DNA of 64,000 bases, from positions 192,001 through 256,000 of the IMG/VR virus record IMGVR_UViG_3300046820_001270; one strand, 5' to 3'. Shown here one piece after another: positions 47,071 through 57,087 of the stretch. Source of the DNA: a virus. Taxonomy: Duplodnaviria; Caudoviricetes. The stretch's first letter is position 1. Every line of letters starts with the position of its first letter. Position numbers and translations under genes: made by a program. Below the pieces are notes generated by a model. It ran no database searches. It was given only the letters and a program-made list of their open reading frames with translations, and was not told where the DNA came from.

Positions 47071-49068
47071 TTAGTTTTTCATCAATGCACCTGACATAAC
47101 TTGACCAGGTAAAATAATATCTCCTTTTAAAGAAATCATTTTTTTATTTGTTGATAAAAATGGTGTAACTGCCAAATTATCCGCCATTCCTTCTACATGT
47201 GCTGCGGTTGATAATACGTGATAATTCGCTTCTCCATTAACATCACCTGTTGGTATTCCCATATTTTGCATCTTTTCAGTTATGTCCATACTTGTTTTAA
47301 CCGCACTAAATCCAGGTAATTTATCCGCCAACAATAATAAACTTGCAGGTATGTTACCACCACCCGAAGCATTTAATGCACCACTAATTGCAGCACCAAT
47401 CGCAGCAATTAACGCGGCACAACTATCTAAACCATTTTCTAATATTTGTTTTAATAAAGCAATTAATGCAGATATAACCAAATAGTATCTTTTTAACTTA
47501 TCTCTTAATATTTTTCGTATGATTTTAATTAAAAAGTTTTTAAGGTCGGCTTTAACTCTCTTCCAAAATTCTCTAATAAATTTCCAAAACAACTCTTGTA
47601 TTGTACATAAAAATATATTCTTAAGTTTTTTTAATAATTCTTTTGCATCCATAACGAGATTTTTAGCTAAAGCATTAAATTGTTTATAAATTATTACAAT
47701 AGGTAAAAACATTTTAGGTGATATAATACTCATTACTAACGCCTTAGGAATATTAATAATAAATGATAAATTTAAAGATATTTTAAAACTTGGTAAATCA
47801 ATTGAAAAATCAGATTGTTCATATGCATCGGATGCCGATTTGTCTAATACACCGTCTATCCACGTTCTTCTGTCTTTTTTAGATTCTAAATAAATAAAAT
47901 CTTCCATATGTACCGTATTGTACGGAACTTCATAATTATTACAATCAACAAATCTTAAAACCTTCCTTCTTCTTGCATCCTCTTCCTCTAAATCAATACC
48001 CTCAACATCATCAAAATCAAAATAAAAATCATCATCAGATTCTTCATCATGAAATAAATTTGTTGGGGTTGATCCTGTAACCGGACCGTTATTACAGAAT
48101 GCAAATATTTTACTTAACATTCTTTCCAAATTGTTTATTGCCTCATCTAAAGATGGTGCAAAATCTAATGGGTTTTCCATACCACTAAAAGAACCTCCAG
48201 CACTAATACCTGTTTTATCCGCCGTAACACTACAAGCCTTTAAAGTCATTAACATGGCCTTTTTAATAATTTCATTCAAGTCAGGCATTTCTATACTTGA
48301 GTAGTAGTCGTTAAAAAAATCACCGACATTTACGTTACCATAAGTAATATTTCCCCCATTAATTGTGGGTTGAGTTAAACCTGTAATATAGAATCTTTGT
48401 TGATCAACTTGCCAAGTAGAATTAAATAATGTTTTATTACTCGGTGTATCAAATTGAAACTGATTACCTATTGATGTTGTTGTACCCCCACTAATAAAAG
48501 TTTGATACATTTGATAGTTGGGTTGTACATAAAGTCCGTTTCTTTTTTTCGGATTTTCATACATTATTTTACCGTAATCACTATCAGGAGGAACTTTAAA
48601 CATTCCTAAAAAATCAATTTCTTTTGGATATATGTAAACCTCATCTCTTTCTTTAGTTCCACCCATAAATTGGTCGGTTCCACAAATACCATCGTTAGCA
48701 AAAAAGGCATTTTTAACACAATCCATTAATATTTGTTTTGCAGAGTTTTTAGTAATCTCCACCGAATCTAATACGTGTTGTCTAAGTCTTTGAGTTGATT
48801 GAAACCTATCAGGATCATTCACTGTTCGTCCAGACTCTAAAAATTTATTAACAACACCTATTACCTCCTCAAATATATTTTTATTATTTAATTTTTTCTT
48901 TTTTTTGTTAGCCAACTTTGATTTAAGTTGTTCTAATTTTGCATTTAAATTTGGGAGTTTCTTTTCAAATTTTTTAAGTGTATCTTCAGGATCCAAACCA
49001 AAATTTAGGTTTGCGTTATCTACCGTTTTTTGAATAATGTCAATTTGGGTCTTTATTTTCTCAAACAT
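47071..49068 (-). CDS. Large hypothetical protein
   Basis: 665-aa ORF. Confidence 0.8.
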   Translation of the reverse strand: MFEKIKTQIDIIQKTVDNANLNFGLDPEDTLKKFEKKLPNLNAKLEQLKSKLANKKKKKLNNKNIFEEVIGVVNKFLESGRTVNDPDRFQSTQRLRQHVLDSVEITKNSAKQILMDCVKNAFFANDGICGTDQFMGGTKERDEVYIYPKEIDFLGMFKVPPDSDYGKIMYENPKKRNGLYVQPNYQMYQTFISGGTTTSIGNQFQFDTPSNKTLFNSTWQVDQQRFYITGLTQPTINGGNITYGNVNVGDFFNDYYSSIEMPDLNEIIKKAMLMTLKACSVTADKTGISAGGSFSGMENPLDFAPSLDEAINNLERMLSKIFAFCNNGPVTGSTPTNLFHDEESDDDFYFDFDDVEGIDLEEEDARRRKVLRFVDCNNYEVPYNTVHMEDFIYLESKKDRRTWIDGVLDKSASDAYEQSDFSIDLPSFKISLNLSFIINIPKALVMSIISPKMFLPIVIIYKQFNALAKNLVMDAKELLKKLKNIFLCTIQELFWKFIREFWKRVKADLKNFLIKIIRKILRDKLKRYYLVISALIALLKQILENGLDSCAALIAAIGAAISGALNASGGGNIPASLLLLADKLPGFSAVKTSMDITEKMQNMGIPTGDVNGEANYHVLSTAAHVEGMADNLAVTPFLSTNKKMISLKGDIILPGQVMSGALMKN

Positions 49069-49445
49069 TATAATGAATAGTTAGTTGATTTATTGTCGTT
49101 TCCGTCATTAACCAATCTATCCAAAATCTCACGATCTTCGTCAGATAAAGTCAATTTACCCATAGAACCTCCACCACCAGGTCCGCCAGTGGTTTGTTTA
49201 AGTAAAACACTTTGTAATTTAACTAATGAAATCTTCTTCTCGGTACAATCGTTAAGGATCTTCTGTTGTTCTTTAATAACAGGACCAATTGTACTCATGT
49301 CTTCTGCGTCCTTCATAAAACTCATCATTTTTCTCAAAATGGTTGAGGCAGTGTTTCTATTCTCAACGACATCGTTGTAGATCTCCTGCATTAAGGCTAA
49401 CGCCGAATCAACATCTAATGTAATATTGTTTCTTTGTGTTCTCAT
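49068..49445 (-). CDS. Hypothetical coiled-coil protein
   Basis: 125-aa coupled ORF. Confidence 0.75.
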   Translation of the reverse strand: MRTQRNNITLDVDSALALMQEIYNDVVENRNTASTILRKMMSFMKDAEDMSTIGPVIKEQQKILNDCTEKKISLVKLQSVLLKQTTGGPGGGGSMGKLTLSDEDREILDRLVNDGNDNKSTNYSL

Positions 49446-49459
49446 ATCAATAAATAGAT

Positions 49460-50161
49460 TTATTCTAAAAACCCACCCAAAATACCGTCATATAGTTTTT
49501 TATAACGTTTAAGGGAGACTCTAATCTCTTTTGTTGATAAGGAGGTCATTTCTCGTAAAGAGAGTAAAATGAGATTCTTATTGAATTTATTCCCGTCACC
49601 TACTTGAAAAATCTTATCGAAGTTTCCAAAGATTTCCAATAACGCATAACCTAATTTTCTTTCGTTATCAGATAAGTTTTTCTCTTTTTCTACAAAATTT
49701 TCTAAATCTACGGTAAGTTTTACAATTACAGATGCATAATCAACAATGTGCTCATCGATAACAAATGACAATTTTGGATCATCTTCAAAATCTGAAGAAA
49801 TATCGTCATATGATACTTGTCTATTTTGTTCTTTAGTATCTTTCTGTATTGCTCCCATAAGGTAGTTTTTACAGATCGTACCAAAGTAAGAATAAGCTTT
49901 AGTATTTTTTGTGTGATCAAACTTGTTGATCTTGGTTATAAGAAAAGACATAGTGTCTGTATGAATCTCTTCAAATTCCATGTCTTTTCTATAAAGTTTA
50001 TAACGTCGAATAATTGATTCGACCATTATAATTAGGGGTTCTCGTAAATATTCGTTGAATATCTTGTTTTTTTCTGCTTCATCAGTACTTTCTAAGTAAT
50101 TGACTACCGCCTTCTCTTGATCCTCCCCAAAATATATTTTTTGGGTTCTTGGTCTTGGCAT
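49460..50161 (-). CDS. Late-transcription sigma factor (T4 gp55-like)
   Basis: YFGEDQE...MVESIIRRY...KFDHTKNTKAYSYFGTICKNY. Confidence 0.8.
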   Translation of the reverse strand: MPRPRTQKIYFGEDQEKAVVNYLESTDEAEKNKIFNEYLREPLIIMVESIIRRYKLYRKDMEFEEIHTDTMSFLITKINKFDHTKNTKAYSYFGTICKNYLMGAIQKDTKEQNRQVSYDDISSDFEDDPKLSFVIDEHIVDYASVIVKLTVDLENFVEKEKNLSDNERKLGYALLEIFGNFDKIFQVGDGNKFNKNLILLSLREMTSLSTKEIRVSLKRYKKLYDGILGGFLE

Positions 50162-50940
50162 TAAGCTATTTCATAATTTACGTCTCGTTTATTTTTAAAG
50201 AAAAATTCTTTCTTCGCGGTCTCCAACCAAAACTTAGCTTCGTCTTCAGTAAGTTTATTAGTATCGTCATTTTTATATAACCAAAATAATGAATCTTCTC
50301 TGAAATTTAAGTGTTGGTATCCTACTTGAGGAACTGTCATAATTTTAACATTATTATGTGTTAATCTTAAAAGAAACTCATATCCAAATGTTAATTTAAT
50401 ATTTTCTTTTAATGAACCGTTATCTTTAATAACTTGTGTTTTATATAAACCTCCACTAATTTGATAGTTTTGAAAATCTAATAAAACTTCATTATCCAAA
50501 AATCCTTGTTTTTCTGTGAACCCGTAAGCCCATGTTGATTCATTTGTAAAACTTACAAATTTACCTTCATTGTTAATATCTTTTACTACAGGTAAAAAAA
50601 CATCAACATCGTTATATTTCTTTTTATATTGATCGATAGATTTTAACCAAATAGGTTTATACTCATCATCAACCTCCAAAATACTAAACCATTCAGTATC
50701 ACATTTTTCAATACCCAAATTGATTTGTGAACAAAAATCTGTTTTACCATTATTTGCCACAATATTAATTTCTAATAATTCAGATAAATTAGATAATTCA
50801 TTTTTAATTGACGGAGGACAAACAACTATCAATTTAACATCTTCGTAAAATTGTTCTACGGATTTAATTGAGTTATCCAACATTACACGATAACTGTCTT
50901 CAATTCTATGTACAGGTAAAATTACTGTTATATTTTTCAT
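50161..50940 (-). CDS. Glycosyltransferase family 2
   Basis: ITVILPV, INLGIEKCDTEWFSILEVDD. Confidence 0.85.
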   Translation of the reverse strand: MKNITVILPVHRIEDSYRVMLDNSIKSVEQFYEDVKLIVVCPPSIKNELSNLSELLEINIVANNGKTDFCSQINLGIEKCDTEWFSILEVDDEYKPIWLKSIDQYKKKYNDVDVFLPVVKDINNEGKFVSFTNESTWAYGFTEKQGFLDNEVLLDFQNYQISGGLYKTQVIKDNGSLKENIKLTFGYEFLLRLTHNNVKIMTVPQVGYQHLNFREDSLFWLYKNDDTNKLTEDEAKFWLETAKKEFFFKNKRDVNYEIA

Positions 50941-50941
50941 A

Positions 50942-51997
50942 TTATTCTTGTTCTTTTTTTAGATTTTCTAATGCCTTTGTAAATGTTTCAACTCTTTTAT
51001 TTGTAAATGAATTGAAAATTGATAAGATATTATTTTTAGTTATTTCAGTTTCGTATGGTAATAAAGTATCTTTCATTTTTTGTTTAACCTCATCAGTTAA
51101 TTCAACACCATCTAACCACGCTAAAACATATGTTCCTAAAATGTCAACTAATTTATTTTCGTCATATGTCCACATTCCATTTTCAGTTAACCAGTCAGGT
51201 TCTGTACTTGGTATTTTACCTATCACAGGAACATTAGATTTCATAGATTCTAATGGAAACGTACCAAACGTTGACTCATCATCTATCCACAATGAAACCA
51301 TACATTCTTTTAAACCTTCAGAAAATTCTTCGTATGACATTTGAACCATATCTCTAAAAGTAATCCAACGTAAATGTGGATACTTTATATAGAACTCAGA
51401 AATTATTTTTCTATGTTTAACTCTATCTCTACAACTAATTGCAATGTAAGGTTTTACAATATCTTCAATCTGTTTAAAATTATCACCAATAATTGGAGGT
51501 ACAATGTGAACTAAAATTTCAGGGAATAATTCTTGAATGTATTTTTTAGATGCTTCCGTTGTGGTAATAACTCTATCAATTCCATAATCACTCCAACGAC
51601 TACCAACAGGTAATGTTTCAAAAATATATTCTTTTTGTTGTACTAACATAACTTTAGTACATCTTACATTAGCCAATTGTTGTAAGACATTTGAATAATA
51701 TTCAGGAACAACAATAACGTCATCAATTAAAATATTAATTTTATCTTCTTTAATTGAAACAAGTTCTAAAACATCATATTTTTCACCTAACCATTCAGGT
51801 TTAGTGTATGACTTATCTTCTGTTAAAATTTTTGGATTTGATCCATTTTCTTTTAATGTTAAAGCCATATCGTAGATATGTTTTATTGCTGCTCTAGCAT
51901 TGTTTTTAGTGTCGTACGTTAAAAAATATATAACGTTCTCTTTTGTTTCTAACCTTCCTAAGGCTGATTCAAGTTTTTCTATGTTTTCTTTACTCAT
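50942..51997 (-). CDS. GT-B glycosyltransferase (GT4-like)
   Basis: VIVVPEY; STFGTFPLESMKSNVPVIG. Confidence 0.75.
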   Translation of the reverse strand: MSKENIEKLESALGRLETKENVIYFLTYDTKNNARAAIKHIYDMALTLKENGSNPKILTEDKSYTKPEWLGEKYDVLELVSIKEDKINILIDDVIVVPEYYSNVLQQLANVRCTKVMLVQQKEYIFETLPVGSRWSDYGIDRVITTTEASKKYIQELFPEILVHIVPPIIGDNFKQIEDIVKPYIAISCRDRVKHRKIISEFYIKYPHLRWITFRDMVQMSYEEFSEGLKECMVSLWIDDESTFGTFPLESMKSNVPVIGKIPSTEPDWLTENGMWTYDENKLVDILGTYVLAWLDGVELTDEVKQKMKDTLLPYETEITKNNILSIFNSFTNKRVETFTKALENLKKEQE

Positions 51998-52274
51998 CTT
52001 CGTCTTCTATTAAAATTTGATTTTTTATTAATGTGTTAAATGCAATTCTGAAAGATACTGATGTTCCTTCTTGTGCAAATTTCCCGAGTTCTTCATCTAC
52101 GTCGTCAATTTCACCTAAAACTCTATCCAAACACATTTTTATAATTTCGTATTTGAATATGTTTACCTCAGTTACTTCTGTTCCGTCTTCGTCTGGGATT
52201 GTTCCTCCTGTTCTACATTTTTCTGTGATTCCATCAAGGTCAATGTAGTAGTTTTTTCCAAAGATTTCAACCAT
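51990..52274 (-). CDS. Hypothetical protein
   Basis: 94-aa ORF. Confidence 0.7.
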   Translation of the reverse strand: MVEIFGKNYYIDLDGITEKCRTGGTIPDEDGTEVTEVNIFKYEIIKMCLDRVLGEIDDVDEELGKFAQEGTSVSFRIAFNTLIKNQILIEDEDE

Positions 52275-52858
52275 GGTTCGTTTATTTCTGTTAATTTAGA
52301 TATTTCTTTAGGATTAGTAAAGAATTGATTATAAGTGGTATTGAATTTAATTCCAGTTTTGTTCTCAGGAATTAAGTCAATAATCTTTTTATTGTCGGTG
52401 ATCCATACATCACATTTACTCCAAGAATCTTCAATATCCTTAGTTCTAATAAATTTAATATTATTACCAAGAAAACCATTCTTAGATAAAAAGAATAATG
52501 TTGCGGGTTTTGATTTACCTAATTCATCTAAACCAATTAATGTAAAATTGTGTTCAGGGTTATCAAATAAAATTTTATGTAAATCTGTGAAGGTAGTTGA
52601 ATAACTCAAACCAGCATGACCAAAAACTTCAATAGGATATTCAATAAACAAAAAGTTTTCAAATTCTTCTTGTGATTGAAATTTATAAGAATTTAATAAA
52701 TTATCATTTTGAATTGGTTCAGTAACACCATATTCAAAAGTGTTTTCTTCTTCCTCTTCTATAATAATATCACTATTAAAATAGGACTCATTATAATGAT
52801 AATCAAATTTTTGGATTGTGTTTCTTAAAACCCCATCAATACTAATGTATATTTCCAT
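52172..52858 (-). CDS. HAD-like 5'(3')-deoxyribonucleotidase-like protein
   Basis: YISIDGVLRN (degenerate DxDGV), DVWITDN, FNTTYN. The overlap with the next ORF may be a read-through tail. Confidence 0.6.
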   Translation of the reverse strand: MEIYISIDGVLRNTIQKFDYHYNESYFNSDIIIEEEEENTFEYGVTEPIQNDNLLNSYKFQSQEEFENFLFIEYPIEVFGHAGLSYSTTFTDLHKILFDNPEHNFTLIGLDELGKSKPATLFFLSKNGFLGNNIKFIRTKDIEDSWSKCDVWITDNKKIIDLIPENKTGIKFNTTYNQFFTNPKEISKLTEINEPWLKSLEKTTTLTLMESQKNVEQEEQSQTKTEQK

Positions 52859-52895
52859 TGTAAAAATATACAATGAATTGAGTTATAAGTAAATA

Positions 52896-53624
52896 CTAAT
52901 CGTATCTATTCAATATTTCTCCGATGATTGGATTTCTTACAATGTCTTCCATACCAAATTCAAAAATACCAATTCCTTTAACATCTTGTAATCTTTTCTT
53001 CGCATCAAATAAACCAGATTTTGTTTTGTCTCTGAATTTATCCGATTGTTCAAGATCACCCGAAATAAAGAACTTAGAGTTAAAACCAATACGAGTTAAT
53101 AATAACTTAATCTGTGATGGTGTTGCGTTTTGAGCTTCTTCAAAAACAAGGATCGTATTATCTACGTTCCAACCTCTCATGTAAGCAAGTGCTGCGACCT
53201 CAATATAACCTTGGTCTTTTAACTCCTCACGAGCTTCTTTACCTATAATCTTATTTAATAGATAATATGATGGATAAATGTATGGATCTAATTTCTCTTC
53301 TAAACCACCAGGAAGTGATCCTAATTTCTCTTCAGCTTCAACTGCGGGTCTAACTATGATAATCTTCTCATACTTGTTAGAATCGTCGTATAATAGGTCT
53401 ACGGCACGTTTCATGGCTATATAGGACTTACCTACACCTGCCGGACCGAAACATAATGTAATTTGATTTTCTCCAAGAATATTCCAATAGGTTTCTTGGT
53501 TTTTGGTTAAGAACTTTTCTTTAGGACGTTTGATAATTTGTCTTATCCTATCTTTATGTGATATTTTCTTCTCTTCTACTAATACGGGTGGTTGGATTGT
53601 TTTGGTTCTAGTTTTATATGCCAA
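52896..53624 (-). CDS. phoH: PhoH family ATPase
   Basis: GPAGVGKS, RPAVEAEEKLGSLPG, AYMRG, EEAQN, GDLEQSD, IVRNP. Confidence 0.95.
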   Translation of the reverse strand: MAYKTRTKTIQPPVLVEEKKISHKDRIRQIIKRPKEKFLTKNQETYWNILGENQITLCFGPAGVGKSYIAMKRAVDLLYDDSNKYEKIIIVRPAVEAEEKLGSLPGGLEEKLDPYIYPSYYLLNKIIGKEAREELKDQGYIEVAALAYMRGWNVDNTILVFEEAQNATPSQIKLLLTRIGFNSKFFISGDLEQSDKFRDKTKSGLFDAKKRLQDVKGIGIFEFGMEDIVRNPIIGEILNRYD

Positions 53625-53651
53625 AATTGTTAGTTTTAAAAGTTCTGTTTA

Positions 53652-54056
53652 TTATTTAATATGTTTAAAAATTCTTCTGATATTATCAGGTAAAGAATTA
53701 ATTGGTATTAATTTACATTTAATAGTATCTAATCCTCGTCTTATTGCTTTTTGAGCCCTATGATGTCCATCTATAATTGAAAGAATATTACCCTCGTCAT
53801 TAACAAATATCAATATGGGATATTGTAAATCTGCCATATCTATTTTTTGTACCTCACTATTATCGTGATCCCATGTTAATAACATATGTTTTAATCTTTC
53901 TACTGAAATTTGACTAACTGAAATATGGTCTGTGGCAATTAATAAATCCATAAGGGTTATTTTATCCCCTTCTTCGTTTTGCCAAGATGTATCATGAAGT
54001 CCCTCATTAAGACCCATTACCTTCTTTATACGTGATATGTTTTCTTGTAAATTCAT
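53652..54056 (-). CDS. ParB/Srx-like nuclease domain protein
   Basis: YPILI...IIDGHHRAQKA. Confidence 0.8.
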   Translation of the reverse strand: MNLQENISRIKKVMGLNEGLHDTSWQNEEGDKITLMDLLIATDHISVSQISVERLKHMLLTWDHDNSEVQKIDMADLQYPILIFVNDEGNILSIIDGHHRAQKAIRRGLDTIKCKLIPINSLPDNIRRIFKHIK

Positions 54057-54071
54057 ATCATATAAATATCT

Positions 54072-54713
54072 CTATTTTCCCGTAGATCCAAATCCACCAG
54101 ACCCTCTTTCGGTATCAGATAATTCAGGAACTTCTGTCATATATATGGTAGGATAAGGTAATATGATAATCTGTGCACCTCTTTCACCAACTTTATATTT
54201 AATTGAATCTAACCCTTGAGTTTTCTTAAAAGTTGCTTGTAATTCACCTCTATAACCACTATCAATTACACCTACACAATTCGATAAAATTAATTCTTGG
54301 TTTCTAACTGATGAACGAGGGAAAACTAAACCTACGTATCCTTTTGGAATTTCCATAGCAATTCCAAAACCATAAGATACACTAAATGATGTATTTTCAA
54401 TTTCTTTTGTGATTGTTAAATCCATACCAGCATCACCAACTTTCGAATAAGATGGTATAACGGCATTTGGATCTAATTTTTTAACTTTAACTAATACCCC
54501 CTCACTTACAACTCCACTATTAATTGGTTGATTATTATTCATTGTTTGTTCATTAACTTCAGGTGTAATTAAATCAGATTGTAATTTGTTTAATAAATCA
54601 TTTAATTCCGAAACAAAATTCAAATCAATTTCTTCGTCTTCATTATCTGATCCGATTGTTTTTTCAAAATCTTCTAATTGTTTTAAATAATTTTCAACAT
54701 CTTCTTTTTCCAT
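54072..54713 (-). CDS. dut: Trimeric dUTPase with N-terminal extension
   Basis: AGMDL, PRSS, GVIDSGYRGE, RGAQ, RGSGGFGSTG. Confidence 0.95.
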   Translation of the reverse strand: MEKEDVENYLKQLEDFEKTIGSDNEDEEIDLNFVSELNDLLNKLQSDLITPEVNEQTMNNNQPINSGVVSEGVLVKVKKLDPNAVIPSYSKVGDAGMDLTITKEIENTSFSVSYGFGIAMEIPKGYVGLVFPRSSVRNQELILSNCVGVIDSGYRGELQATFKKTQGLDSIKYKVGERGAQIIILPYPTIYMTEVPELSDTERGSGGFGSTGK

Positions 54714-54714
54714 G

Positions 54715-54930
54715 TTATTTAATTTTCTTTTCTTCTAACCATTTATCTAACGCCTTAATTCTTTGTTTAAGACTATCATCTTGTGGTCTTAGACAAACCT
54801 CTACAAATAATTCAGTTATCCGTATTAATTCTTCGACCGTAACAGTAACACCAACCGATGTGACATAGTCTAACGCCATTTTACTTTGTGATTGACGCAT
54901 GATTTGTATTTCACGACTATAGAATTCCAT
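54715..54930 (-). CDS. Hypothetical protein
   Basis: 71-aa ORF. Confidence 0.7.
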   Translation of the reverse strand: MEFYSREIQIMRQSQSKMALDYVTSVGVTVTVEELIRITELFVEVCLRPQDDSLKQRIKALDKWLEEKKIK

Positions 54931-54950
54931 ATCAGTTGGTGTTTAAATTG

Positions 54951-55187
54951 TTATTTTGTTTTGTAATACTCAGGTGTGTTCTTAGAGTCGATAATACATT
55001 CAATTGCCATTTTTGCAACTGAAATACTCTCGCTTGAACGAACGTCTCCAGCTCTGTATTTTGATGCAACAATTGTTGCTTCTTCTACAGTCTCCGCTTC
55101 AATAATGTACTTTAATTTTTGAAGACGTGGGTTTCCTGCTCTGTCCATTTGTTCGGTTTCATAACCGATTGTTACTAAATAATGCAT
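54951..55187 (-). CDS. DUF4494-like small protein
   Basis: YLVTIGYE...KYIIEAETVEEA resembles Bacteroidota DUF4494. Confidence 0.5.
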   Translation of the reverse strand: MHYLVTIGYETEQMDRAGNPRLQKLKYIIEAETVEEATIVASKYRAGDVRSSESISVAKMAIECIIDSKNTPEYYKTK

Positions 55188-55193
55188 GTTGTT

Positions 55194-56417
55194 CTATTTT
55201 ATTATTGATTTAAAAAATTCTACTCTATCTTGACATACTTTCTTTAATGAGTATGTGTCTTTAACTGTTTCATATAAACGATTTCCTAAGTCCTCAATCA
55301 TATTTGGATTTTCAACTAAACGTTTCATATGTTTTGCCCAATCCTTATGATTCTTTTTTGATCCTACTAATAGTGCGTTTCCTTTATCGTTAAATTTACC
55401 TTCATCTACTGCCGAAATTAAATCTATTGTAAAAGGATCAACATCACTTGCGATGATTGCCTTTTTAAAGAATCCCGCTTCAATTACTTTTAATTGTGAT
55501 TTATTAGCATTGAACATTGAATCGACTAATGGTGCTAATGATACGTCAAAAGTATTATAGTTTGTCGCGTACGATGTAATATTTTTTGTCCATCTTCTTC
55601 TATACGGTTCGTTTTCATCGTTATAGGGAGTTTCTAAAAATGTTTCTAAATAACTTTTATATTCAGGACTTAATACTTTATAATTGTCGGTAAAAAATTG
55701 TTCGTATTTATACCAAACAGTTTCCAACGGTTGAATTGGTCTATTTCTTTGTTGTTTTGTTTCTGGATTAATTTCAGTAACAGTTCCCCTTGTATCAAAC
55801 CCACATAAAACAAATTGAACTTTATCTTTAAAATAATTATGTATAGATGAAATTCCGTTCTCCATTAATTCTAAATCATAAAGATGTGATGATCCACCTA
55901 ACCAACCAAATCTAACTTTATCAGATTTTGTTGTTTCGTTTTTAAATTGTGGTTCTTCTTCATTAACAGCATTTGGAAACACGGCAACACTATTGATCTT
56001 TAAACGATCTTTAATTGTTTTTGCAAAAATTGGAGTTGTCGTTGTTACGTAATCAACCTCTTTTAACATTTCAATTTTCATCTCACCAATCTTATTATTC
56101 TTAATTGCATAATACATTGGGTGTCTTTGGTCAACAAACCATAAATCATCGATATCCATTATAGTTAAAATACCTTTTGATTTTAACCATTTAATTCTTT
56201 GAATATTATTATCGTGATTAGTTTGATGAATAAATGTATGAAATACTACAATATCATAATTTGAAAATACCTCATCGTTATCCTCCACATTGTAAGAGAT
56301 ATCGACATGGATATCATCTGAGTGTTTATCTGAAATGAATACAAACGGATCCATTATTCTAAACTTACCTACACCAAACTTATCTGATGGGATTGCTAAA
56401 ATTCTAATTTTTGACAT
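55194..56417 (-). CDS. GT-B glycosyltransferase
   Basis: DIDDLW, VTTTT, FPNAV, GWLGGSSH, DVSLAPL...NKSQLKVIEAG, IIASDV. Confidence 0.88.
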   Translation of the reverse strand: MSKIRILAIPSDKFGVGKFRIMDPFVFISDKHSDDIHVDISYNVEDNDEVFSNYDIVVFHTFIHQTNHDNNIQRIKWLKSKGILTIMDIDDLWFVDQRHPMYYAIKNNKIGEMKIEMLKEVDYVTTTTPIFAKTIKDRLKINSVAVFPNAVNEEEPQFKNETTKSDKVRFGWLGGSSHLYDLELMENGISSIHNYFKDKVQFVLCGFDTRGTVTEINPETKQQRNRPIQPLETVWYKYEQFFTDNYKVLSPEYKSYLETFLETPYNDENEPYRRRWTKNITSYATNYNTFDVSLAPLVDSMFNANKSQLKVIEAGFFKKAIIASDVDPFTIDLISAVDEGKFNDKGNALLVGSKKNHKDWAKHMKRLVENPNMIEDLGNRLYETVKDTYSLKKVCQDRVEFFKSIIK

Positions 56418-56469
56418 TTAAATTAACTTATATGTCTAAAATATAACTAAAAAAATTGGAAAAACAAAA

Positions 56470-57054
56470 TTACTTGGCTTTATTTACACCTGTAATTTTA
56501 CCCTTGAAAATTGAATCACCCACTTTTAATACTAAATTCTCATTAATAGACGATGTTGTAGATGCGGTAAGGATTTGGTTTAATTTTTCATCCATTACCT
56601 TACGAACTGTATTTTCAATAAGAACGGCAATTGCGTTCATATCTATATTTGAACTAACCGATTGTCTTTGTTGTGGTTGTGATTTTTTTGATGATGACAC
56701 ACCTTCTTGTTCCATTAAACGTTTTGCCCCTTTTACAAAATCCATATCTAATGTTTCATTTAAAGAAATGGACGGCATTTGTTCTATTGGGTGGTCGATC
56801 ATCGCTTGTTTAATTGCAGGAGATAATTTTGAGTTCATTATTTTATCAACATTCATATTACCACCGACAGGTCTTGTATTAGTTTGTTGTGGAAGTTGTG
56901 ATTCCATCAATTCAGATGGGTCAGATAATAACATTTCACTATTAACATGACCTCTTTCGAAGTTTCCTCCATCTACTTTATTCATTACTTTCTTAGCTTG
57001 AACTAATTTTTTCATTAAATCGTTTTGTGATATTGCTCCTTGACCTTGTGACAT
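56470..57054 (-). CDS. Hypothetical protein
   Basis: 194-aa ORF preceded by TATTTAT. Confidence 0.75.
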   Translation of the reverse strand: MSQGQGAISQNDLMKKLVQAKKVMNKVDGGNFERGHVNSEMLLSDPSELMESQLPQQTNTRPVGGNMNVDKIMNSKLSPAIKQAMIDHPIEQMPSISLNETLDMDFVKGAKRLMEQEGVSSSKKSQPQQRQSVSSNIDMNAIAVLIENTVRKVMDEKLNQILTASTTSSINENLVLKVGDSIFKGKITGVNKAK

Positions 57055-57087
57055 ACTAATAAATATTTTATACTATAATAAACTATT

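Noticed and set aside
50868-56950. Plus-strand ORFs such as 50868-51344 and 56456-56950
   Set aside because: Antisense shadows of well-supported minus-strand genes.
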